Assembly: GCA_910592345.1 (NCBI GenBank)
Contig: CAJVPI010000326.1
Coordinates: 1-35,305 of the forward strand
Reading direction: 5' to 3'
DNA: 35,305 nt
Origin: Paraglomus brasilianum
Taxonomy: Eukaryota
The notes under the pieces are model-generated. The model was given only the letters and a program-made list of their open reading frames with translations. It was not told where the DNA came from and searched no databases. The position numbers were made by a program, and so were the translations under genes. Below, one piece after another: positions 1-10,365 of the stretch; position 1 is the first letter of the stretch; each line of letters opens with the position of its first letter.

Positions 1-449
1 ATTCCACATGCGGAGCAGAATCCATATCGAGAATAACAATGGTAAAACTGTCTATCAGCAACCATGTAATAGTTGTCGCCATCCTTGGTAAACCCAGTTA
101 TGCGTTTGTTGCGACTGCCAAGCCATTTCTTATATCTTCTGAATTGACTGACATCAACATTATTACCGTACTCATGTGTTGGAAGTGAGTATATTCTAGC
201 AAACTCATTCACTAGTGTTGGTGCACATATTTCATTGCTTCGAACTAATTGCAACATTATCTTTTCTCCATAGCCATGCTTGCGAATAGCATAGTAGACG
301 TTGTCAATTTGGCTTGACTCTATGTCGGTAATTTCCGACCAAGGAATCCATTCAAGTCTTAAGTCTTTATTTTCACTTTTCAAGGAGGATTGAACTAAGT
401 TATCAATTGCTGGACTATTAACAGTCCCTGATGCTAATGCTACCGACAT
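1..449 (-). CDS. 5' part of a lineage-expanded kinase-like protein (degenerate kinase N-lobe followed by a Cys motif); runs off the window
   Basis: Open frame from ATG 449: MSVALASGTVNSPAIDNLVQS...LRLEWIPWSEITDIESSQIDNVYYA...ITGFTKDGDNYYMVADRQFYHCYSRYGFCSACG. The LEWIP, GxTKD..YYMV and YGxCxxC motifs resemble Glomeromycotina/Endogonales TKL-like kinases; the Gly-rich loop is lost in this copy. Confidence 0.7.
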   Translation of the reverse strand, partial: MSVALASGTVNSPAIDNLVQSSLKSENKDLRLEWIPWSEITDIESSQIDNVYYAIRKHGYGEKIMLQLVRSNEICAPTLVNEFARIYSLPTHEYGNNVDVSQFRRYKKWLGSRNKRITGFTKDGDNYYMVADRQFYHCYSRYGFCSACG

Positions 450-554
450 AGTTTGAAAGATAAAATTTTTTCAAGTGTGAACAAATCTCGTTCTCAACGC
501 GTGTGTTACATTGCACATTCCTTATTTTAGAAACAGGAATCTTGTTCGGGATTA

Positions 555-1414
555 CCGTATTTCTCCGACACGAGTACCCCGGGTATTCCCTTTGTTCGTT
601 TTAGTACCCGGGGTACTCGTGTGTGTGGGGGGGTAATAATTGTCAAAAAATAATTGATAAGTTCGAAAAAGGTTACCAAGAAGGGGGGAGAAAGAAATAA
701 AATTAAAAAACCCTAAAAAAGTCAAAAAACTTAAATAATTTTCCCATCTTCCAGGAAAATTCTTAAATCTGGGTCAAAAGGCGTACATCGTACTAATGGG
801 GGGTACATATCTCGATTTGTTTCTTTAAACTTCTATTGGTTGCGGAATCATGTTCTCGAAATTGTATATTATAATTAACGCGCATTATTAGATACTACTA
901 ATAAAATTCAATTGCAATTCAGATTATTTATCTGCTCATCATAAGTCTTCCAGTGTCTCATGTCTTGACTTAGTATATGGCCTTGCGGATTCTGCAACTG
1001 CAAACCACCCTACGGTACTCTTGCTCAATGGGTAAGGGATTCATGGGAAGAAGTTGACATTCATTTGATTGTAAAAGCGTTTAAATGTTGTGGTGTTTCA
1101 GTCAAAATGGACGGGACAGAGGATGATGTGGTGTTTGATTATGAAGAATATGAAGAAGTCGGAGGCAGTAATGTTTGGGAATAATCATAGTTTAATAAAA
1201 TTTGTTGTTATTTACTGAACAAATTTGTGTTATCTGATCTTAAATTTTATAAATTTTAATTGGCTGTTAGAAGGAGGGTACAAATCACAGGGGGGTATAT
1301 ATGCCGGAGGGATACCATAACTAATACCCGGGTATAAATCAAAATTTGGCCTTCGAAATTGCCACAGGGTATAGCTCGTGGGGGGGGGGGGGTACTCGTG
1401 TCGGAGAAATACGG
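555..1414 (+). mobile_element. Non-autonomous Tc1/mariner-superfamily (Tc2/pogo-like) DNA transposon, internally deleted, 860 bp
   Basis: Perfect 26-bp TIRs CCGTATTTCTCCGACACGAGTACCCC (555-580 and 1389-1414), TA on both flanks (553-554, 1415-1416), and an internal transposase C-terminal fragment. Confidence 0.92.
1002..1184 (+). pseudogene. C-terminal fragment of a pogo/Tc2 DDE transposase
   Basis: Translates KPPYGTLAQWVRDSWEEVDIHLIVKAFKCCGVSVKMDGTEDDVVFDYEE...*, the typical W..W...I.K.FK.CG.S...DG.EDD tail. Confidence 0.85.
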
Positions 1415-1682
1415 TATATATTATAATGTAAGTGTGCAAGTGAAATCTCACCTTTCTGCATTACCAGGTGATGTATGCATATAAAGTAATGGTAAGAGTC
1501 TGATACTGGGATAGCACAAAAAGCATTACATTTTTTTATTATAAATACTAATTTAGTAAATATTGTATACAGACATGCAAATAAACTACATAATGCAAGT
1601 AATTACCACGCAATCTACATAATAAACCGTTTATAATAAGACGATCACCCTATAAGATGTGATTTATAATATGGCTTCTCAA

Positions 1683-2382
1683 TCAGTATAATACTGTTGG
1701 GAATCCAGTATGGAACACAAATGCTCTAAGTCCGGGATTGGTGCCTTGAAGCCAACCGATCAAATGTTGTGCATCTTCTGTCGCTCCGGGACCGTTGAAT
1801 GTGAAAACATGATTGGATCCTGGGTAAGATATTACGGCAGCATGTGGAGAGCCAGATGGAGGATACGCATTCATATTAGTCGGAGGAACTTTTCCGTTGG
1901 TAGTGAGATCAACCACGACATAAACGGGATCGATAATGGACCGGATTTTGGGGTGGGTAAAAATATAATTCGTTAAATCTGCGCCGATTTTCCCAAGTGC
2001 GGTTGCTCCTTGACGGTTTTCTCCGGTACCGTCAATCGCTATCCTCCCTGCGAGAATTTCAGCTAGGGGTAGAACGTCACCATCTTCCCATTGTGACGCG
2101 GGTTTTTTTGAAAGAATAGTCACGGGATCCAAGAGCACTTTTCCTGAAAACATAGAATGCTGAGTTCGCCAAAATATTCGATTATATCTATTAAGACAGA
2201 GAAAACAGTATTGTACCTGGTAACGGTTTGGGATTTACTTCAGAAAGACACGTATCAAAGTTTTCTTTATACGCGTCGCAAATATCCTGAGCAGAACTAA
2301 AAAGCAAGCATATAATTAATATATAAGAAGTGTTATTTTACCAAATTAAACAGGCTTACTTAGGATTTCGAGTACGAGGCAT
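1683..2382 (-). CDS. Hypothetical protein, 187 aa, 3 exons (2382-2360, 2296-2217, 2143-1683)
   Basis: Two GT-AG introns (63 and 73 nt) with matching phases join MPRTRNPNSAQDICDAYKENFDTCLSEVNPKPLPG to the 156-aa ORF. Globular-looking composition; no family recognised. Confidence 0.75.
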
Positions 2383-2544
2383 TTTCAGAAAGGAAAAGAA
2401 AGTTGATAAGAGCAGTGATAAGCAATAGCAGCAATAGTTACGCGACTTAAATAAGCAAACCATTTTAATCATGTGTTTGATCAGCCAGTCATAATCGGCT
2501 GCCATGTCGTACAACCTGCCAAGTCCATAATACAGTGAAACCTC

Positions 2545-3270
2545 TTTATAACCATCGCGGATATACAGTGTGAAGACGCCAATCATATTTGTTGGTTTTA
2601 TGAGTGGAATCAATCAGTGTTAACCACCCAATTCCCAAGTTTTGCGAGTTGTGCAGAACGCACGAAAACAAGGCCTTGAGTGGAGTGCAAGGATACATGA
2701 AAATGATCAAGATTGGTTTCCATAGCTCCCCGAATTTTATGCTTAATATTCGTTACTTCTTTTCGCTTTAATTTCTGCGCAGTTGAGGCTGTCGGTGCCA
2801 TATTCTTTTACAGCGTTTACAATTGCAGGTGACGGATAGTTTTTCTTAGCCTCCTGTTCAATCAAATCTCGGATCGCTTGTGGACGTTTTATCCTGTCAA
2901 TGTCTTGTATATGATATGTATTATCAGGAGAATCGTTATAACGTACGACTGAAGAGGTATTAGCCATGTGATTTTGATCTTGGTATTACAAAAATTACGG
3001 TCGGACAGATGTTTGTCTACGCTTATCTAATACTCCTTCCTGTTGCGTGCTTAATTTCGATGCTTAGCCAAGCGGCAAACATAACATCTCCAGAAATCGC
3101 CATTGACGTGTTTGTAAGAATTATATTGTGTCCATATGTTTGTTACCAATGGCCACCAATTTGTCAAATTCTTCGATAGAAGGTTCAAGCGCGGTCGCGT
3201 TGTGATATTAATTGCGATCGGTTCATTCACGTTAAACAGGCGCATTCGCTTTTCATTAGGAGTGATATTA
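2545..3270 (-). pseudogene. Mutator-like (MULE) transposase relic with stops and frameshifts
   Basis: Fragments WPLVTNIWTQYNSYKHVNGDFWRCYVCRLAKH, KRPQAIRDLIEQEAKKNYPSPAIVNAVKEY, LKRKEVTNIKHKIRG and GWLTLIDSTHKTNKYDWRL / TLYIRD lie in shifting frames. DSTHKTNKY is the first catalytic-Asp motif of MULE transposases. Confidence 0.8.
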
Positions 3271-3801
3271 TCGATGGTATTTATTGTCGAACAAAATCAG
3301 AAATAAAGCAAGATTGTGATTGAAAATTATTTATTGATCGTTTATGTATCTGTCACTATGACTTTGTTTTTCGTTGCCAGAATAGCTATTCTTGATGCTA
3401 GGGTGATGATTACAAAATTTCACGAAAATGGGAAAAAGAACGGCCTCCCCATGTGAATGTTACAGAAATGCTCACGGCGGAACTATCTATGGTGGGACGA
3501 TCAATGGAACTATAATAATAAAGGGAACCGTTGTCGAACCTTCTTCCATAAAATCGCTCGGAAAAAGAACCAGTAGAATAAATCATGCTGAATCATAGCA
3601 AAAATTGGTACCAATGTATTTCAGTTACTTTGAACTTCAAATTCTCGATCTTTTTACAATCTTGATTCAGGCAAAAAAACGATCTACTCAATCTACAAAT
3701 GTCACCAAAGAGGCCAAAATTCAAGAAAGTATGAACACACGTGTGCATGATGACAATGATGGTGTAAGTTAGCATATTATCAAATATATGTTCAGATCTA
3801 G

Positions 3802-5374
3802 TTACAATGGATTTGCTTTCGTGATTCCTTTTGAGACAAAGAAATTGTCAAGGAATGGAATTAGCTGCTGTGCCACTGTAAACGAAAACACTAGTTTAGG
3901 CCCAACAACAATTATCTTAGGCGTTAATCCTTTTACAAAAGCGGATAGACCTGAATAGACAATAGATGTTTAGTATATCATCGCTGATTACACATCGCAT
4001 CAGTGCAATACACTTTTCAGTCTTTTCGAAAATACCTTCGTGTTTGATCATGTTCCTTACTATAGTGACGCCACTCTCTGGGGCATCAAATGGACGATTC
4101 TGGATTCTTGTCTTGACGACATCAAGTGGTGATGCCACTGTGATAGATGCGATTGCCCCTCCAATTGATGCACAAAAGTTTTGGAAGAAAGTGGCTTTCG
4201 AATAGTCTTTTAGGCCGAAACCGTATTCTTTGACCACCGCTGAGCCGCCAAACTCGATAAGGAAGTATGCGAGTCAAGTAATAGAGCCATTGTAATACAA
4301 AGGTTATAATAAAAGTTTAAAGCAAATCGTTGAGATAAGACGTTATAAAGTTCTAACAATGAAGGCAAACGTAATTCTTTGTTCATTTTTATGTATGGTA
4401 TTCTTCAAGATATATTATGCAGACAACTTACCAGTGCAAAGCTTCCAGGCGCATTTCTAGCAACAGTCCATAAGCCACCTCTATACAGACCAAGCTTTTC
4501 ATCCCAGAAGATTTTGAGTATTCCCCCTCGCCCTGCTAATGTTTCTGGAGCTGTCTGCTTTTTGATTTTCAAAACATCAAGTGGTAGTAACGCTACTTCA
4601 CCGATTCCGATTAAACTGCACATTGTTAACGATAAATTAATTCGGAATATACATGCGTTTAAGCGATACTAACCAAAAGTTTTAGTATACCATTTTTCAA
4701 TTAGTATGTGCCATCCAGTCTTCTACTTACCTCCCCGCAGTAGCATGAATCATTGTCTTTCCGCTTTTTTCTCCAAATGTATTATAAAACGCGTCCTTGT
4801 GATGCTTATTCAGAAAATCCTTAACGTATGGCTGCCCACCATATTTATATATGCGCTGGAGAACCTTGTAACCGGTTGCAAATCCGAGGCCAGGAAAGAG
4901 GGAGGCGTATTTGTATATGGCTCTTGACGAGCTTGCATCCTACACGAAGGAAACGGACGTGGGACGGGGACGGGAACGATAGTTGATCGATGAGTCAGAG
5001 GGATATGGCGAAGGGAAAGTGGGCACGAGTCGCACGAAGCGTAGGAAAAGTAATTGATGCCTTGAAAATAGCCACGTTCAAACTAGCAATTCCCTTTGAT
5101 ATTGGCGCCCCAGGGACAAACACCTATACAGATAATCGTGTGATCAGCTTATCACGTCATCGTCGTATATCGATTATTCTTATAAACATCTCTCGATACA
5201 ATTCAAAACCAATTGGAAAAAAAAGCTTACCTTCTTCGGATTAGTCATTAATCGCTTTGCAATAGTATCCACCGGATGGAATACTAACAACTCCAAGACG
5301 CCTGATGTACCTGATCCCAATAATCTAGCCAAACCTGATTCGGCATGGTTCTTATTCCCTGCTGGCGGCGACAT
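3802..5374 (-). CDS. GGC1: Mitochondrial GTP/GDP carrier (Ggc1/Yhm1), 6 exons (5374-5231, 5123-5061, 4939-4731, 4615-4432, 4252-4036, 3950-3802)
   Basis: ESGLARLLGSGTSGVLELLVFHPVDTIAKRLM, LFPGLGFATGYKVLQRIYKYGGQP, LLPLDVLKIKKQ, PLDVVKTRIQ and KGLTPKIIVVGPKLVFSF; three carrier signature repeats. Confidence 0.95.
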
Positions 5375-5993
5375 TAAAGTGATTTATTTACGAAATGTAT
5401 ATTACAAAAACGTTTTTACGTTAGGAAGAGATATGTGCGTGAGGAAAAAAAATTTAAATTCGATTATTAAATTTGTTTGTTACACTCGATTCGTATCACA
5501 CAATCACGAGATTAGATAATAAATAAACAAACATCGCGCCTCGTTATTTGGAATTGTTATATCAGCAAAATCTCATAAGTTGTGAAGATGCATTGGCTAT
5601 TATATCCTCAACCTCATTTCCAACGATCATATCAAGACTTTTTACAAAGACATCAAATCTCATCTCAAGTTGCACAGTTCAGACAAATTTTTCCACATTG
5701 CTGTGACTCGGAATCGCTGGGTAAAAGTTGATCTTGCCATTGTATCCTACCACTGCGGGCTATTGGAATTAATTCAACCGATTTAGGTAGAAGAATATCT
5801 GCTTTGCCCCAAATATGACCACAGTGTTACAGCTGTGCGATGCGGGAATCATCAATAGTTTCAAAGTATGGATTATCCATTATTACTGTAAAATTATACT
5901 TGATTCCTTAGTGTCACTAAGGAATCTCTTCATCAAAACGGGTTGATAATAAAGTACAGCGAATAGACAGCGAAAGTGTAGATATAACCACCC

Positions 5994-6453
5994 GATGCTA
6001 TTAGGTTTGCTGCATCTGCTTGGTCTAGTGTAAAAAAATCAACGACAACGAACTGTTGGAAGGCAACTGGAATAATTCCGTGTGAAGAAACCTTGAGGGA
6101 TACTGTATGGAAGATACAAGAACGGACCTTTCGTGTCTGCATTTGAAGAATGTAATTCAATTCAATCCTTAATCGATAAACTTTCTTTTACAGATTCCAT
6201 AAGCGCTGAGGAGTATTTACGTCTTGATGATGAAGAAGCAGTCTTTGTTAATAGCGTTACAGATGAAGATATTGTACAGACGATTTTAGGGGAAGAACAG
6301 GCAAAGTCAGATGAAGAAGAGATAAAGGCAGTGAAGAAACGTGTATCTGTCGAAGAAGCCTGCAAAGCTGCTGAGGTTATGTTGCAATTTTTCGAGCAGC
6401 AAGATGATATCAAGTTAGAATTTTCCGAAATACTTGCATTAAGCGAAAGATAG
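5994..6453 (+). pseudogene. Tigger/CENP-B-like transposase C-terminal relic
   Basis: DAIRFAASAWSSVKKSTTTNCWKATGII, then after a frameshift SAEEYLRLDDEE...TDEDIVQTI...VSVEEACKAAEVMLQFFEQQ, the typical Tigger acidic C-terminal region. Confidence 0.8.
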
Positions 6454-6603
6454 ATCTGCAGACATATCATAACCTTTATTTACTGAATGCAATAAAGATT
6501 TATTACTAACAATTAAATTTTTTGAGTGAATTTATGGCATAATCATATCAAGAGGAATAAATTTTACGTTATATAGAACTACACGTGCAATCACTAAGTA
6601 TAT

Positions 6604-7294
6604 TTATAGTAATTTTATTCCTAAGTACTCAGAAAATCGCTTGAGTCTTTGGTTTAGAGTCCCGTCCGTAGCCAATCCGTAAAAAGTTAAGAGAGCATCC
6701 ATATTCTGTCCTTTATATAAAATTTTTTTCGTAATTATTAAAAAAGAATGGAAAACAATTGAGTTATACTTTTATCTTACAAACCATTTAGCCCACGAAG
6801 TTGCTGTACATTAGCTGGAAAATTGGGTGGATTTTGATTTTGTAAGTTCGGAAGCATAGCAATATTATCAGTTTCACTGAAAATGCGCGAATTTAGCGTC
6901 CTGGCATAATTCCTTGTGTCCCTAAAACAATGAAGTCGTGTTTGTTTACTTGGTTGTTTTAGAGTAACACACAGCATCATTTAAAAAACATATACTATAC
7001 AATGTCGTTACACTCGTCTGAAGAGTCGTCTGAAGAGTCGTTACACTCGTCTGAAGAGTTGTTACATTCGTCTGAAGAGTTGTTACACTCGTCTGAAGAT
7101 TTGTTAAAGTGGTTTGAATCGTCTGGAGTTGATTTGCGATATTTACGGCTGGCAGATTTTGAAATCGAACTAGTTCTTGCGATACTGTTCCAAGAGCCTG
7201 ATTTAAGTTCGCGAAGTTTGGTTGCGCCTACAAAATGCAAAGTGTGATAAGTCTTCAATATGGATCTATAAAGTATTTTAATTAACTTTACCAT
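6604..7294 (-). CDS. 157-aa coiled-coil protein with a Mug135/DUF1773-like C-terminal domain; 4 exons (7294-7292, 7227-7001, 6921-6785, 6710-6604)
   Basis: Three phase-consistent GT-AG introns give MAQPNFANLNQALGTVSQELVRFQNLPAVNIANQLQTIQTTLTN(LQTSVTT-type heptads)LDTRNYARTLNS...PPNFPANVQQLRGLNGQNMDALLTFYGLATDGTLNQRLKRFSEYLGIKLL*. The family call is from recalled motif similarity. Confidence 0.8.
7004..7099 (-). repeat. 21-bp coding tandem repeat (about 4.5 copies) encoding LQT(S/N)VTT heptads
   Basis: Unit GT(C/T)GTTACA(C/T)TCGTCTGAAGA on +, with one 12-bp truncated copy. Confidence 0.9.
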
Positions 7295-7375
7295 TATTAG
7301 TTCAGTAAATGCGATATTCGTTCAAGAAATGCGATATTAGTTCAGGAAACGCGATATTAGTTCAGGAAACGCGAT
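7295..7375. repeat. 20-bp tandem repeat x4 directly upstream of the ATG at 7294
   Basis: TATTAGTTCAGGAAACGCGA and variants, four copies. Confidence 0.9.
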
Positions 7376-8399
7376 TTACGTTGGTTTGTACTTTGCTGTC
7401 TTTATAACCTTTTTTTTTGCTTCATGCGCTGAGTTTGTATTTACAGTGTGTAACAAAAAAAACCAGATTTTTTCATGGGACGTAAACGCGTCTCACGCGT
7501 TTGTTTACTGTCCGATTCGAAATGGAAAATAAACACGATAATTGGAAGTATATTTGAGGCTGTTTGCAACCCTGTCCTGTTTAATATACAAACACAATGC
7601 CCATTCTAAGGTTAATGTGTATTACATTTATGGAGTGCGAGCATTCGAATGACCAAGGAATTCATCACCAACAAAACATCCTTTCCATCATTTATAACAA
7701 CATTAAAGAAAAAGGAACAGTGAGGTAATGGTCGTCCCAGGAAAGAACCTCTAAGATAATCGGACAATCAATACGGAGAAATGACTCAATATCTACCACG
7801 GACTTTAGCCCAAAAAGTGTCAAATACGCATGTGGGTTTGTTCAACAGTTCAGCTCTCCTCAATAAATACATGCTTGTGCTTATTATAGTACTTGTTTAC
7901 ATGTAAAATTTATTAATTATATCAACACTATCGATATTACATACTGCCAATATGAATAAACCTCAGAGAAAGCGTATGCAACAAAATTATCCTCTGCAGA
8001 TTATGAAGATATTATGAAATATCGTAACGTCAATCCTAAACCTATAGAAAAATTAGGGCTCAATATCACGTGTTAAATTCTCGCTTATATAAATTTTGGA
8101 GAAGACAATAGTTTGGTAGAGTCGAATGGAACCAGCTTATTACTACGTCTAATTCAATCTTACCTTCGATGCAGTGCGCCCTTTCTCCTGACATAAATTC
8201 TAATGTGCAGGGTACACTTTCTTTGAAAGATCAAACTGGCGCTGTGGTACCACTCTCTAACTCTACCAAAAAAATAAGCCATGAGGAATTGATGGAGTTA
8301 TACGAACGAGAGAATAAACGAGGCGAAAAGAATATAGCAAACATTGCTCGTTTATTAGGTGACGCCTAGTCATACTGAAAACGAATAAAAATATATTAT

Positions 8400-9120
8400 T
8401 AGGAACCAGTGAGAGGAAGTACTCCCATTCAGTTGAAGACATATGCGATGAATTTCTAAAAAATTATGATGACGCATCTGTGGAGATACCGCCGCAGAAG
8501 CTTTCGCATAGGAGTTGGAGGGAAAGCGAAGAGGTTCTTAGAGATATTAGTGTTAGAATTGTCGATACTTTGTAAGTACGATATTGGGTCTATAACGTTA
8601 ACCGTTCATAAGATTATACAATAACGATATTTTATACTTTCAGGAGAAGAACCCAGCTTTTAGTCGCAAATTTGCTAGAATGCAGAGATATCATATTCGG
8701 GCGACGCTAATAGATGATCATCTGCATATTTTAGCACGTGAGTGTACGGGCTCTTTTCTATTTTTTCTTAAGAAAATTCCTTATTTATATTTCTTTCATA
8801 CAGGGCGGAGCGACAAAGCGTGGCTAGCAAAGACAGAAGGGGAATAAATGGAAAGCGACCAGACGTCATGTTTATCGCGAAGTAACTACGAGTTGAAGTT
8901 GCGAATGTTCACGGGTTATTTGTAACGACACGAAGGAAGACGATGATAGAGTAAAACTGTGGCGGGAGCTCAACGACGGCATAAATAGGGTGATGTTTTA
9001 TAGAAAAATGAGTTCGGCGTCCTTGGATTTCAAGTTGCCGGAAAGAAATTTAAGTTATATGTTCTCATTCGAGATAGTGAGAATATAACCCGTATTTTTC
9101 TTTTAAGAACTGTGAACAAT
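8400..9120 (+). pseudogene. Degenerate gene of the Mucoromycota-expanded PD-(D/E)xK (Crinkler-type REase-like) family; 5' part probably extends upstream toward about 7.7 kb
   Basis: AERQSVASKDRRGINGKRPDVMFIAK*, then frameshifted ECSRVICNDTKEDDDRVKLWRELNDG and EFGVLGFQVAGKKFKLYVLIRD; intron-like GTAAGT/GTGAGT...CAG segments; stops and frameshifts. Confidence 0.65.
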
Positions 9121-9899
9121 TTACGAACGATAGGAAAGTTATGATTGAGTAACCATATTCAGTTAACTGGTTTCGGGCGTATTTGTTTACTTGTTGCACA
9201 TGTATGCTAAGTTGATATTTCAAACGTGCACTGTTTTCCATTGCTACTATATCAACCCTTCAAAAAACATCCAAACCTTACTTTTCATTTATTTTTATTT
9301 GTCGAGTCGGACGTTTTCGCAAATAAATCCAATTTTTCTTTGTCTTTCGTCCATAAAAAAGTTATAGCTTATGACATACGGATAAAAATTCCAAGTCGTG
9401 GAATAATAGAAAGACAAAAATAAAGTAATAATAAACAAAGGCTTTATAACGCAAGGCTCTGCTTGGCTAAACGCGTGTTCTTATTTGCTCATAAGCTGCT
9501 AGACTTAGTGAGGTATTTCAGCAGTACTACATTTATCAAAACGTTTTCAATTACCTCATGGTCGGTCATTTTTGTAAAAATAATGTACAGTAAGTAGAAG
9601 TAGATGCTAAAGTTCGGCGATTAAGAAGAAATACAAACGATTGGTTATGACGCCATTACCATGGCTTTTCATGCGTCATCAATAACGTCACCAAAGGTTC
9701 AGAAAAGGACAAATTGTCATTATCATTGTTTACTAAATATTATATCGATCAACAGTAATATGGGAATTTATGCAGATGTACGAGATGATGTAACAATAAT
9801 AATAACGCTTATCAGTAATGTGTAAAGTATTGTATATGCACTAATACTAATATGTTATGCTCACATTCACACATGCATTGTATAATGGGAGAAAATAAA

Positions 9900-10340
9900 T
9901 ATTATCGTTAGAATCTTTCTATTGTTATGCTATATTATCCTTATCATATTAATCACATGATAGACATCCTAAAATTTTCCGAGGTATCCTTCGCTTCGTT
10001 ATCAGGTCATCTTTCTATATTAATATTAAATTTCGATGTCGATCTTCGCTATCGTCTGGTATCATCGTTATCAGCTTATCGGCTATCGGGAGCTGTTATA
10101 CTGTATATGGGAGCATTTTTGGTTGCTCAAACGCACCCCCGAAGCTTATACTGCTATCCTGACTCTGGTTTTGTAATGATTGATGCAAACTCCAAGTGAC
10201 ACTAACGTAAACATTTTCGTGGGCATGCAATAATCTAGCTTTTTGGAGTAAGGAGTAAAAGCATTCTTCATCGCATATAAAGTGATAACCGCCACCCTTA
10301 AATGGGCCTGTTTCGTCTCGTAAATTAATTTTATCAACGT
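9900..10340 (+). promoter_or_regulatory. Cluster of GATA-factor sites (nitrogen catabolite repression type) upstream of allantoicase
   Basis: About ten HGATAR matches on either strand, including the tandem GTTATCAGCTTATCGGCTATCGG at about 10067-10089. Confidence 0.6.
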
Positions 10341-10365
10341 GCACTACAAACTCGTCTCAATCAAA

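Noticed and set aside
6995..7294. ORF-track proteins with SSDECNN (minus) or HSSEE (plus) repeats
   Set aside because: These are alternative frames of the 21-bp repeat; only the LQTSVTT frame splices into a complete gene.
7004..7375. CRISPR-like array
   Set aside because: The repeats are contiguous with no unique spacers; the context is eukaryotic and there are no cas genes.
10096..10344. 82-aa and 63-aa minus-strand ORFs upstream of allantoicase
   Set aside because: No recognisable motifs; they overlap the promoter region.
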